DNA of 63,462 nt, filler included, from Vannella sp. (taxonomy: Eukaryota), in assembly GCA_023345925.1 (NCBI GenBank). It is 6 parts of 6 records of this genome, joined end to end, with 100 filler letters (N's around TTAATTAATTAA, not from the genome) between each part and the next. Parts side by side here need not be neighbours in the genome. Positions count along the whole stretch, not along the records: positions 21,208 to 43,342 come from JAJQQN010001218.1; positions 43,443 to 49,393 come from JAJQQN010000188.1; 4 more parts are not named here. One strand, written 5' to 3'. Within the stretch, counting starts at the first letter, position 1, and every line of letters begins with the position of its first letter. Both the position numbers and the translations under genes were made by a program. Below, piece after piece: positions 33,983-45,117 of this stretch. The notes under the pieces are model-generated. The model was not told where the DNA came from. It saw nothing but the letters and a program-made list of their open reading frames with translations, and did not search any database.

Positions 33983-34798
33983 CCCGCCACAAAGGAGGAG
34001 GAGGAAATGACCTTCATAACTTCACTTCCCAACACATTTTGAAACGATTTAAATAGATAATATAATCTTATAAAATATTGAAGCTAGTGTGGGCTCTCTT
34101 TTTCTGTTCGCCTTCATCAATGACTCAGCGATTTGGTTGGATGGTCTAAGCGGCTCCGTTCTCTTATTAGCCTTTAAGTGGGAGTTCACTGAGTACTGCA
34201 AGAAGTGCTGGTACGTTCTGCCTCATGCTCTGCCCTCTGGTCAGGACATGCAGGTTCGAACATCTTTACCTCTCAAAGTCATAGCCATATGAATTGGTTT
34301 AGCGCACTCTTCTCCCCTCCCATGAGATCTGTGGTCTTCCTTAGCTTACAAGCAGAGTGGTAAGATGTAAACAAAAGGATTGCTGGGACCAACTGCTCCT
34401 CCCTGCTTCCACTCTAACTGACGGTCTATCTGTGGATGATGAAGCCCGTCCTCCTGATTCCTTCAAGTATGCAGCAAAGTACGATCATTCACGCACCCAA
34501 GTTTAGAAGACAAGAAGGCATTTCCATGACAGCTGTTGACTCCATGTACCCTCAAGATGTATTCTCTGACACACAGTCAACACTTTGCCCTCGCCTCCAT
34601 CACCGTGTGGTGGGGTTGACCGAAGGCTTCGTCGCATCTCATTGCCCTCGGAAATCAGGCCTTGTGGGGAGTGTGCCTTGTATAATACAACACATTGTAC
34701 AATAAACAACTAATTTTACATATCTCGAATTGCTTTCGAAGCCGCATTAATCCCGATTTGGAAGCCATTTTCCTTTCCGCCTGGCATCGCCACCCTCC

Positions 34799-37206
34799 AT
34801 GGAGCCTGTGTTGCGGCAAAAGAGGTTCCCGCGACAGGGAACGCGAAGCTTAAGTCCACCTACTGCTAGAAAGATGCAGCAAGAGAGGGCTCGGCGTGCA
34901 GTCAGCCCGCCAACGCGCCCGTTGAAGGCTCTAAAGTCCAACTTAGAGACATTGAAAGAGATCTTAGCGGACCCTGTCACTCTGGCCATGTTCGTACGCT
35001 ACTGTGATAGTATGCACGCACCAGAAAACATAGCCTTCTACCTGGCCACGGAATGCTATGGCAAAATCAAAGAGGACAAAGCTCGCGTCCTCCACGCGGA
35101 GCACATTTTCGTCCGGTTCATCCAGGTAGGCTCTTCCTCCTGCCTCAATCATATCCCTTCTCGGGTTTAGCCTAACTTGTCTCCAAGGAGGATGGACCGG
35201 CAGAGCTTGGGATGCTCCAAGCCTCCGAACGGGATCTCCTCAGAAAGTCCTGTTCCACTGCCACCAGAACCCTCTTTGATCACACTCAAAATGGTAAGAT
35301 CTCCCCCTTCTTTCTGTTTCTTGCCAAGAACTGAAAGGCGCCCGCCCAGTGGTACTTCAAGAGATGTCAAAAAGCTTGCTTCCAGGATTTCTGATTTCGC
35401 CAACCTATTGCTCTTACATTGATCCAGAAGGACACAAAGAGGAGAGTCTCAGTGCCATACTCGATGTAAGGAGCCCCCTGCAAAGATTTTGAACTTCTGC
35501 TCATCAACTTCCCAACTCTTCTGCCAGAATCCCATCGAGGCCGCTTTGTTTCGGAAGTTTCTTCGGGAGAGGGGCCGAGAAGAGTTCGTGGACTTTCTGA
35601 AATGTGTTGATTGTTATCATGCGCAACTGATCGAGAGTGCACGGAGGAACTATGCACAAAAGATCTACGAGGACTTTCTGGACAGCGGCCGTGGCCACTT
35701 GTTGTAGGCCCATTCGCTGATGAATTCAAGCTCTAACATAAGATCCATAGAATTCGGAACGTTCCCAGCAGCATGCAGCAGGACATCAAAGAGCTTCTCG
35801 ATAGTGGAGCACCTCTCTCACGAGAGATCTTCCGACCCATTGCCAATCTCATAACCACAACGATTCAGCCCCTCTTGAAAGAGTTCTCTCAATTCCCGCC
35901 TACCGTTATCTTCCGGAGTAAGACAAAGGGCCACTCACGCATCTTTGGCCTCTCATACAATTTGCAGAGACGAAAAAGGGGAAACTTACTCCTGGAGTGA
36001 GTACAAGGAAGGTTCTGAGCGGGCTCTTCAGTAAGGGCACCTTGAACCAAGTCCGTCTGAAAAATCGAATTGGCGCCCGCCTTCCAGACATTCATCGGTC
36101 CAAAAATGGCGTGGCAGATGATTGGCTTCTCATCGAGGCGGGACTGATGATACGCAGTGGAATCGGCCTTTTATGTCTCGAGAACGTTGCTATTACTCCA
36201 ATTGGGCGTCTTTGTAGCACCAGCTTGGGTCTTTGGAACGAAAGCCAGCTTCCTCAATTTCAACGGTACATCATCTCCTGATCTAGAAGCCCCCTTTTCT
36301 CACATTTCATAAGTGTAACTAGTCTTTCACAAGAACAAGGAGTTCTTGCAGCTATTCAGATAACGCATGCTGGCAGAAAAGCCAGTCATTTACCAATGCG
36401 GCGTGCACACCAAGAGTTCACCGGGGGTAATGAAACGGCACAATTTCAAGATTATATCTAACTGTAGGATAGTTCTAGAAGAAGATCCAAGCCAACCGAT
36501 CCTTTCCCCTTCAGATCTTCCTTTCACCGCGTTTGGCCGGGTCCCCGAATCAATAGCACTCGAAGACATGCCACAAATTGTTGATGCCTATGTGAACTCT
36601 GCTGTTCTTGCTGCACGAGCAGGCTTCGGATTGATTGAGATCCAAGCCAGCAACGGGCACTTACTGCATCAATTCCTCTCCCCTCTGAGCAATAATCGAG
36701 AAGACCGGTACGGTGGAGTGTTGGAGAACCGGATGAGGCTCTGTTTAGAAATTGCCCGGGCTGTGCGGCTTCACATTGGATCGGCTGTCCTTTTGGTCTT
36801 CAATATCTCGTCCGAATCCCCTGTGGATGCCTGCAGTTCTCAAGAGAGCTTCATTCTCGCCAAGCATTTGAAAGAGATTGGTGTCGATGGCATAATGTGC
36901 AGTCCCAGTGAGAGTGCAAGTCAAGAGATTGAAGATGGCAATCTGGGGAGCCTTTTGATGTATAACCGAGAGCTACGGCAAACACTTGGCATTCCCACTT
37001 TCATTCACTGCAATCGATTGGACAACGCATCGTATCTGAACACCATCATCATCAAGAAGATGGCCGATTACATTTATGTGACGGAAGCTCTCATCTGCAA
37101 TCATCAATTGGTCTTCCAACTGGCCAAGTCCCTGGACCACGAGGTTTACGATCCCTCCAAGCACAATGTGACTTGGCAGGAAACTTCGTATTCATATCTG
37201 CACTAA
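34799..37206 (+). CDS. Fusion protein: two RGS domains plus a degenerate NADH:flavin oxidoreductase (OYE-like TIM barrel), multi-exon
   Basis: RGS1: EILADPVTLAMFVRYCDSMHAPENIAFYLA..HIFVRFI. RGS2: NPIEAALFRKFL..EEFVDFL..AQKIYEDFL. Intron 35997-36031 joins in frame to LKNRIG..GLWNESQ..AIQITHAGRKAS..AARAGFGLIEIQASNGHLLHQFLSPLSNNREDRYGGVLENRMR. Confidence 0.75.
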
Positions 37207-37248
37207 TGAAATGAGAGTTTATGAGGGAACTACCTCATGGTAGCGCGT

Positions 37249-39433
37249 CTAAAGTGGCGCGAAGACTTGAACAACCCGTGCAGGGAGATCGTACGACTCA
37301 CTGTTAAAATAAACCTTCAAGACACCTGGCTTGGTCTCTCCAATGATAGTGACTCGGTCTCCCGAACGGAGGACTGTTGGTTGCTTCACAAGTCGCTCGA
37401 AGCCAGGGAGGATCAATCCTCGGCTAAAAGGCGTTTCCCTTCGCATCCCAGCTTCAGAACGTGGGCGATTATGATCGGGAGGGATCAATGGCAGCCGAGA
37501 GGCTCCAAACCTCCTCGGACTGACCGCTCCAAAAGAGGATTCTGAAGGGAGTGTCTCCTTCTCAGTGCTATCTTCTTCCTCCTCCGAGTAGTCTTCTTGT
37601 TGCATGGCTAGTGAAACAGAAACTTGAAAAGGGGGGCGGCTTGGGCGGGGCGGGTTCTTTGCCAAGGCCCTTTGGTAAAGCTCGACACTCTCGAAGAGAA
37701 ATTCTTGAAAGAAGGGCAACTCAATAAGGCGTGGGCTATGGCGAACGGACTGGTTCAAGTAAGCTTGTAGGCGGAAACAGCGGTTTCTGATGAAGCGAGT
37801 TTCCGTGTTATCAGCAAAGTACCTTTTAGAAGGAAAGCAAGGCGGTTTTTGTAGTCCCTTTTGGGATTTGAATGCTGCTTGGCACCTTTGATGAAGCTTA
37901 TCAAACTCGCTGTACCTCTTGATGGTGTAATACTCTCTCCCCCTAAAGATGAAATCGGTCACAAAAGCTGTGAAGACCTTCCCATTAAATCCCATCACAG
38001 GCAGAGTGTGGCTGATAGAGAACGACAGAAGCGAAGGATTCACAAAGGTCAGAGACTCCCTTTCAGTAGCGGAGAGCTGATTGGCCAGACGCGCGTAGAA
38101 CTTGGCGATCCATTCCGAACGCTCAACTTCGATTCGCGAGATCCAATCATCTCTTTCTGCCTCTGAAGCACATTCAAAGGTGATGATTGTTCCATCCGTT
38201 GGAGATGTCACGACAAACTGGTTCTCCCGAGAGCATGGGCTAACGGAGACGTCCCGGCTAGTGAGAATCGACGTCCAGCGAACCACAGCCTCCAACTCCA
38301 TTTCTGGGAGAGTGCAAACAAGCAAACAATCATTCAGGAGAATGGCCTGAGCTTGAGAGGAATCCATCTTCTTGCCAGAGTTGGGATGCAACCTGGAAGT
38401 CATGAGCGGAGACTCTTTCACTAAAACCCGATTATATCGGATAAGCGAGGCCATTTGGAGACAGGTCTTGGGCATGTCCTCAGAGCATGCTTTGTGGCAC
38501 GTTGCCTTACACTCTGACAAGGGAAGCAGTCAGTGAAGAAACCAGAAAGAGGAATGCACCAACCGGAACACCGAAAATATCGCTTCCCAAGACCGATGAG
38601 CGTTCCGCAGCCAGTGTTATCACAAGTAGCTACATTGATGATGCGAACGTTCTCCCATCGGTGTGGTTGCTCCTCCGGGTCGTCAAAGAGAAGGAGAAAA
38701 CGATCTCCATTGACGAGGACATCCAGCTCCTGCAATCGAGTCTGCATCTCGGACTGTCTCTTCTTCTCGTTGATCTCCAACGCAATCTCTTGAAAGCCTC
38801 GCAAAGCCTCCTCCAGTGCTGTCAAGTCAGGGTGGTCAGGAGGAGTGTGACGAAGGAGCTCGGTAAGGAGGAGCACATAGCGAGGGACCCTTTGAATTGG
38901 TACCTGACGAAGGGAAGAGAGACCCAACAGTCCAGAGAAGGTATCAACGCAACATCCAATGAGAGCATAGCGGAAATTGTCGTTCTTGGTGGTCGTCAGA
39001 GCGCGCTTTGGGGAAGAAGACAGGACTCACCCTTCTGTTGAGTGTGTCAAGGAGCTGAGCACCTTCTTGTGCTCCGTTGATGTAAGTAATGTAAAGGCGA
39101 AGCCAAGGAACGATGTCCAAAAGGATCTTTCCCACACATAGGTTGTCCACTTGGTCCTCTTCTTCTGCCTCTCGCCAGGCAGCTTGAAGCTTCTCGAGAA
39201 GTGGAACATGGAGTTCGAGTATGGAGTGACCATTCAAGAAGATCAGATGGTCCTGCTCAGGTGTGATAATGTTCCCCTGACGAAGAGGAGCACGAAAGTT
39301 CTCCTCCAGAAGGCGCAAGCTCTCGGTGTACGTGACCTCGGTGGACACTATCTCCTTGATGATGTTTTTGCGGTGTTGAGCACCTGCAGGCATGGCGCTG
39401 GAGATGACTGAGCTTTTCTGCACGTTCGTTCAT
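37249..39433 (-). CDS. Dbl-family RhoGEF with DH, C1, PH, PX and C-terminal SH3-like domains, multi-exon
   Basis: RKNIIKEIVSTEVTYTESL, LYITYIN, PIQRVPRYVLLLTELLRHTPPDHPD (DH); HRW..CDNTGC..FRCSECKATCHKAC (C1); ILLNDCLL..FECASEAERDDWI (PH); KRYSEFDKLH..FPSK..RLQAYL (PX); LRSGDRVTII (SH3-like). The start is uncertain. Confidence 0.88.
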
Positions 39434-39994
39434 TGGGCGAGCTCATTTTGACACCAGACGACCGAAAAGTGGTTCCAACATGACATAAGATATTCGCAGG
39501 AGTGATATAAATAGTATTATGGGCATTTTCGTCCTTTCCAAAGAAGATCTGGACATCTGATCCATCATCGACACTATTAGCCGCTCTTCAACGGTTCGTT
39601 ATACCTCAGAGAGGATATCTTCTAGGTATCTTGTGAACAGGCAACGATTCAGCTGGGATCTGACGAGCTGTCTGGACGATAGGCGTTCACCCGAAGTCCT
39701 TCTCTTACCCTTTTCGGTTGGAGACCTTCCTATGACTTGTCACGCAGATAGCATGTGTCGAAGCCCGCTCAATCCCAAGGAGGATCCATGAGTGATGTCG
39801 GTCGCCCGGTGCAAGTGCTCACAGAACGTGCAGAAGAAGTTATCAAAGAACGAAGGTGATCTTATTCATGGATCGTCTCAAATTGCTAAAATGCATTAAA
39901 TGTAAATAAAGGCAATTATCGTGAGCTCCTTCGAAGTTGGTGTGTCTCTTTCACGAAAATTTTCGTCCCTTTTTCTCCTTTCTCTTCGGCGACG

Positions 39995-40437
39995 ATGTCC
40001 TCGGAGCTCACCTGGCAGTTGATCCGCAAGCATAACAGCTTCATTCGCCGACGCGATGGTGCCACCTTCTCCGTGGAGCCCAACAACCTGACCAACCAAC
40101 ACGCTTTCAAGTACAGCGGTCTGGCTAACAAGAACGCTGTGGGCCTCCAGGTTCTTCGTGATGAGAAGGGAAACATCAAGCGTGGAGCTATTCTTTGCAT
40201 CAAATCAAAGAAGACCAACCTCCGTCGCAAGCCCAGCAAGACCTGGAACAAGACCACTCTCACCGGAGATTTCAGGTTAGTTTTATCATCTTCCCACCGC
40301 GTTCAGTCGTAACCTTGTGAAACAGCCGTGTTGCTAAGGCTATCCGCGCCGAAACTGAGGGCAAGTACTACCGCCGAGACCTCACCAAGGCTGCTCTTGC
40401 TCGCTGGAGCCAGATCAACAAGATCAAGTCTGCTTAA
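39995..40437 (+). CDS. RPL28: 60S ribosomal protein L28e
   Basis: MSSELTWQLIRKHNSF..FSVEPNNLTNQHAFKYSGLAN; second exon YYRRDLTKAALARWS. Confidence 0.95.
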
Positions 40438-40615
40438 GTAACTGCAGTAATCCCTCCAGTAAATAAGCGATTCTATCTTGAGCTGGGACCAAACTCCTGT
40501 TTTGATGCGGAATAGGAAGAAACAGATCTTGTTCCCATCCTTTGGGTCTGTAGACTTCTAGGATTTAGAACTTAGAACTTGGAAGAAGTTTGATTTTCCA
40601 TCTTGCAGTCTTGGA

Positions 40616-41303
40616 ATGCTTGCTAGTGTTGGTCGCTTCTCGTTGTCGCGTTGCGTGAGTTTGAATCCGCGTGCTCGCGCGAACCACTTCTCAGGGGGTA
40701 ATAGATTGTTGCAACCAGAGCGAACCAACGCTTCTTCTGCGTGTCTGCAGAGGAGCTCCAGAGCAATCCAACTTTCCAACAGATCAAAGAGGTTTGAGCT
40801 CGGACAACCTTGCTCTTTGATGTAACCCCCCTTCCTCGTGCAGCTCGTTGAAAAGAACAAGCTGGTCGTCTTCATGAAGGGAATACCAAGGGCTCCTCAG
40901 TGTGGATTCAGCAACACTGTCGTCCAAATCTTGAACGCTCACGGTATGATTGCTCTCTGCCATCGCAAGGGCACCACTCCTCATGCTTACCGTGTTTATC
41001 AGGAGTTACTGAGTTTGAGCACCGCAACATTCTGGAGGACTACGAGTTACGGGAGGCCATCAAGAAATACTCGTGAGTGCTCTTCCTTCTCCCTTTTGCT
41101 CCCCTTCCTGCGTCCCTTCTTTCCCTTTCCGCTCCTAGAGAAGGATCAGATCAGATTCTGATCGACCGTACAGTGACTGGCCCACCATCCCGCAAGTCTA
41201 CGTGAACGGAGAGTTCGTGGGAGGATGCGACATCTTGTTGAACATGCACAATTCTGGTGAACTCGCGACCTTGTTTGCTGAGCACGGTCTGGTGAAGGAG
41301 TAA
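40616..41303 (+). CDS. GRX5: Mitochondrial monothiol glutaredoxin Grx5, multi-exon
   Basis: [46 protein letters not shown]; Arg-rich N-terminal presequence. Confidence 0.93.
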
Positions 41304-41366
41304 AGAGCATAAAGAAACTAACATTAACTTTCCATGATAATCTCCCGTTTATTACGTCATTCTTGG

Positions 41367-43084
41367 ATGGAGCGCTCTCAGACCCCACCAGTGCCCGAGG
41401 CATTCACGGATGCCTACTTTCAGTCATTCCGCGATGTGAGCGACCTGCCACGACCATACCACCGCAATTTGCACGAGCGGGTCTTCGTCACACGCGACTT
41501 GAACATGCACTCGATCGACTTTGTGGGTTGTAAGTCCCTCCCAGGGGAAGTCAGTCGCTGGAACATGTTCTGAAAGGGGGGTTCAGTCGATATGGATTAC
41601 ACTTTGGCAGTGTACAACTCTCCTCTCTTCGAGGAGATCTCCTACGATTTGGCCATTGGCCATCTCATCAAGTTGGGCTACCCTGAGGAGATACGCTCGT
41701 TCAAGTATGACCCAAGCTTCCCCATTCGGTAAGTCTCATACGTATTATTCGTAAGCTGACGGGGAACGATGACAGAGGACTCTTTGTTGACACGCAACTC
41801 GGTAACTTCCTGAAGGTCGATGCTTTTCGCTTCATCTACCAGGCTGTTCACGGGAGGACCTCTTTGGGCAAGTCTCAACGACGCGAAATCTACCCTTCCA
41901 TGCAGGTACCTCCTGATCAGATCGGCACTCGGTAAGTCCTCCCTTCAAAAGCGCTCTTCTTCTCGCGGAGGTGATCTGACCATGGCTACCAGGTTCTTTA
42001 TGATGAACACGCTCTTCAATCTGGTGGATGCGTGCCTCTTCTCGGACTTGGTAGTGTTCTTTGAGAAGCAACGTGGTTCGACCGGACAAGATCTCAAGGC
42101 AGATGGCGTGTACAGTAGTGAGATGGATATCTCCTTCACCAACCTCTTCAATGACATCCGAACTGCCGTGGATACGATTCACGGGAACGGGGAGCTGAAG
42201 AACAAGACCATCGAGATGATCGACCAACTGGTGGAACGCTCCCCCAAGCTCTCTCTGCTCCTTGACCGCCTGGAAAAGGGAGGGAAGAAGGTCTTCCTCC
42301 TTACCAACAGCGGATTCTCGTACACTGACAAGCTCATGAGCGTCATGTTGAACGGATTCAACGAAGAGAAGCCCAACTGGAAGGACTACTTTGGTACGTC
42401 CCCTCCAGCACTTCCTCAGACACTCATTGCAAGTCAGACTACGTTATTGTGTCCGCCAACAAGCCGGCCTTCTTTGAGGAGGGAACAACCCTCCGCGAGG
42501 TGAATCTGGCGACGGGACAGCTGGATGTGGGCCGCATCACTGAGTTCAAGCGTGGCCATGTCTACAACGGTGGCTCGATGAAGATCTTCGCCCAGTTGTC
42601 AGGGTCCCAGGGCCATGACGTCTTGTACGTTGGCGATCACATCTTCTCGGATGTCATTGTGTCGAAGAAGACTCAACGCTGGCGCAATCTGCTCGTCATT
42701 CGCGAGCTAGATCGTGAATTGGCTATTCAAGAGTCCTCTGATGCCCGAGAAACTCTCAAACACCTCGAGAATCTGAACTTTGTCTTCCGAGAGATCTACA
42801 AGCACGCCAATAGCGCTTCCACAGAGGTGACTGACATCTCCTTGCTACGCAAGCACATCAAAAACACTGTTTCTGCTCTCAATATGCGCTACAATGAGCA
42901 CTTCGGACAACTGTTCCGCAGTGGCTCCCAGAATTCCTTCTTTGCCATGCAAGTGATGCGCTATGCGGACATGTACACCGCTGACTACACCAACCTACTC
43001 AACTATCCTTGTTTCTATTACTTCTCTGCCCCTTCCAATCCTCTGCCCCACGAAGCAGGCCAAGAGATTCCCATGATACCCTAA
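41367..43084 (+). CDS. NT5C2: Cytosolic purine 5'-nucleotidase (HAD family, NT5C2-like), multi-exon
   Basis: RVFVTRDL, FDMDYTLA (spliced), NTLFNL, KVFLLTNSGFSYT, ANKPAFFEEGTTLREV, LYVGDHIFSDV, FGQLFRSGS..QVMRYADMY. Confidence 0.93.
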
Positions 43085-43103
43085 CCCTAAACCCTAAACC
43101 TAA
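43079..43103 (+). repeat. Telomere-like repeats CCCTAA/CCCTAAA (about 4 units)
   Basis: CCCTAA CCCTAAA CCCTAAA CCTAA; the first unit contains the NT5C2 stop codon. Confidence 0.7.
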
Positions 43104-43342
43104 TCCGTCTTCCCAAGAAGGTCGAGCCTTTTGAGGCGCAATGTGGCAAACATAAAGTTTCAAAACACGTTTTCGTCTTATTGGCTTAACATCCGCATCT
43201 ATTGGGCCTCCGTTGAAAAGTGGCTTCAAATGTTGATGAGTGGAAGCCGATGTTAAGCCAATAAGACGAAAACGTGTTTTGAAACTTTATGTTTGCCACA
43301 TTGCGCCTCAAAAGGCTCGACCTTCTTGGAAGACGGATTAGG
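43099..43342. repeat. Long near-perfect inverted repeat (95/94-bp arms, 55-bp spacer); MITE/fold-back-like
   Basis: 43099-43193 is the reverse complement of 43249-43342 except for a 1-nt indel (CTTCCCAAG vs CTTGGAAG); it runs to the contig end. Confidence 0.9.
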
Positions 43343-43442
43343 NNNNNNNNNNNNNNNNNNNNNNNNNNNNNNNNNNNNNNNNNNNNTTAATTAATTAANN
43401 NNNNNNNNNNNNNNNNNNNNNNNNNNNNNNNNNNNNNNNNNN
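43343..43442. other. Artificial contig linker
   Basis: N-TTAATTAATTAA-N. Confidence 0.98.
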
Positions 43443-43486
43443 CCTCTCAAGAGAAGCATTTCCCCTCATTCAGTGGCAACCGGAGG

Positions 43487-44879
43487 ATGGATGCAAGTGG
43501 TAGTGGTGGTGGCGACTTGGACATGGAAGGGCTTGTATGCGAATTGGTGCGCGTGTGAGGGTTGGTGAGAGCTTACTGACTGGGAGATGGCGAAGTTCCC
43601 AGGACATACGCAGCAGAGAGTGTTTCGGGATTTGCGGATGGCGTTGGAGATGTTCCCTTACTTACGTACTGAGTCAAGTGAGATATTCAATCCCTTCCAC
43701 GGCAATACAGAGAATGGACTGTCGCTATGCGGGCCTATCCAAGTCTACCACGATGGAACATCATTCTACGTTCCCATTGACGTGTTCATCTCCACCATCT
43801 ATCCCGTCATGCCTCCTACCTGCCATGTGCGCCCTGCAAAGGGTAAAGGATAGCCTTCGCACCAAAGAAGGGACTAACACAGCCCACAGGAACCGCACTC
43901 CTTCCCAGACACCCTCACATGGACTCAGAAGGTCTCTGCCACACCCCTCTCCTCCAGAACTGGCTTCCAACGAGCTCTATCATCCAAGTGATTGAGACTT
44001 TAGTAGCAGTCTTCTCTGTGACACCTCCAGTACTCTCTGTGGATGACGAGGAACCTCCCAGGCCTCCACAACAGGTGCAGATGGAGCCAAACCCGGGTCC
44101 ATTGATGCAAGAGAGCTGGGAGGCTTCGGGTTATCTTCATCCTGAACCCATCCTGATAGAACCCAAGATTGTGTTTGACCACCCAGGGGATTCCCCTCCC
44201 AGTTATAGAGCTTCTCTCTCTCCTACGAGCCTTCTTGAACGTAAACTAGCAGAGGAGTATCAGCGTTTCTCTCTAGAAGCAAACAAGTCAATAGATTTGG
44301 CACTTCAAGAAAGTCACAGCCTTCACAGACAATCAGAACAGCTTCAACACTACTTTGATGCCCTCAATTACGACCAGGTGGGTAGAAAGTGCCACTGGTC
44401 CATCTGCATACTCACCTGACCCGGCACTGAATAGACAATGTTAGTGGCAGGAACTGCCGTCTTTACGGAGAAGATCAACGCGCTCCGGAGCTGGATTGAT
44501 TATGAAGCTGACCAACAAAAGCATCGAAGTGTTGAGAGTCTGATTCAATTCGATGCGGTCACAAGTCAGTAAGTAACTTCCACACTGCGCTGGAGTTTGA
44601 ATCACAAGCTCATGGCCATCAGATTACTCGAAGCTGTAGCTGAAGATGCATCCTATGAAGATTGTCTCTTTCATTTACGGCAAGAGCTCCAGCACAACCG
44701 AATCAGCTTTGACATATTTATCCGAGTTCGTGGCTTCTCGTTTTCCCCCTTTGCCAGCTTCATTCTCATCTCTTTCCTTTCAGAAAGTTCGCGCGATTGC
44801 CCGCAAGCAGTTCTTCTCTCGTGCGTTGGCACAAAAACTGGCCCAAAGTCTACTGCAGCCTTCCAAGCTTGATTCCTAA
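43487..44879 (+). CDS. TSG101: ESCRT-I subunit TSG101/Vps23, multi-exon
   Basis: UEV domain (LCGPIQVYHDGTSFYVPIDVFISTIYPVMPPTCHVRP..HPHMDSEGLCHTPLLQNW..FSVTPPV), Pro-rich linker, coiled coil, SB box AEDASYEDCLFHL..FIRKVRAIARKQF. Confidence 0.9.
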
Positions 44880-45117
44880 ACCCACTCGATGAACGCTTGA
44901 ACCAACCAGCCCTTTACTGCCTTTCCCATGAAAGCTGCACTCGCACTAGTGAATGATGCAGACTATGGGCCACGGCAGCGCCCTCGTTCTTGTTGGATGG
45001 CCGTCCTCTTGTGCCAACGCCAAAATCGCCAAAACCGGAAAGGAGGCCGTTCAAGTCATCGGGATGCCACATTTTGATTATAGATTGGAGAAAGGGTGAA
45101 GGAAGGTCATTGTGAGG

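Noticed and set aside
34060..34720. Short ORFs between CNOT9 and the RGS gene
   Set aside because: No motif or coherent exon chain identified.
39715..39735. Minus-strand GGAAGGTCTCC resembling RNase P/MRP CR-I
   Set aside because: No complementary CR-V/P4 partner found downstream by eye.
43079..43103. True chromosome telomere
   Set aside because: Only about 4 mixed units, internal to the contig, and in the wrong strand orientation for a right end.
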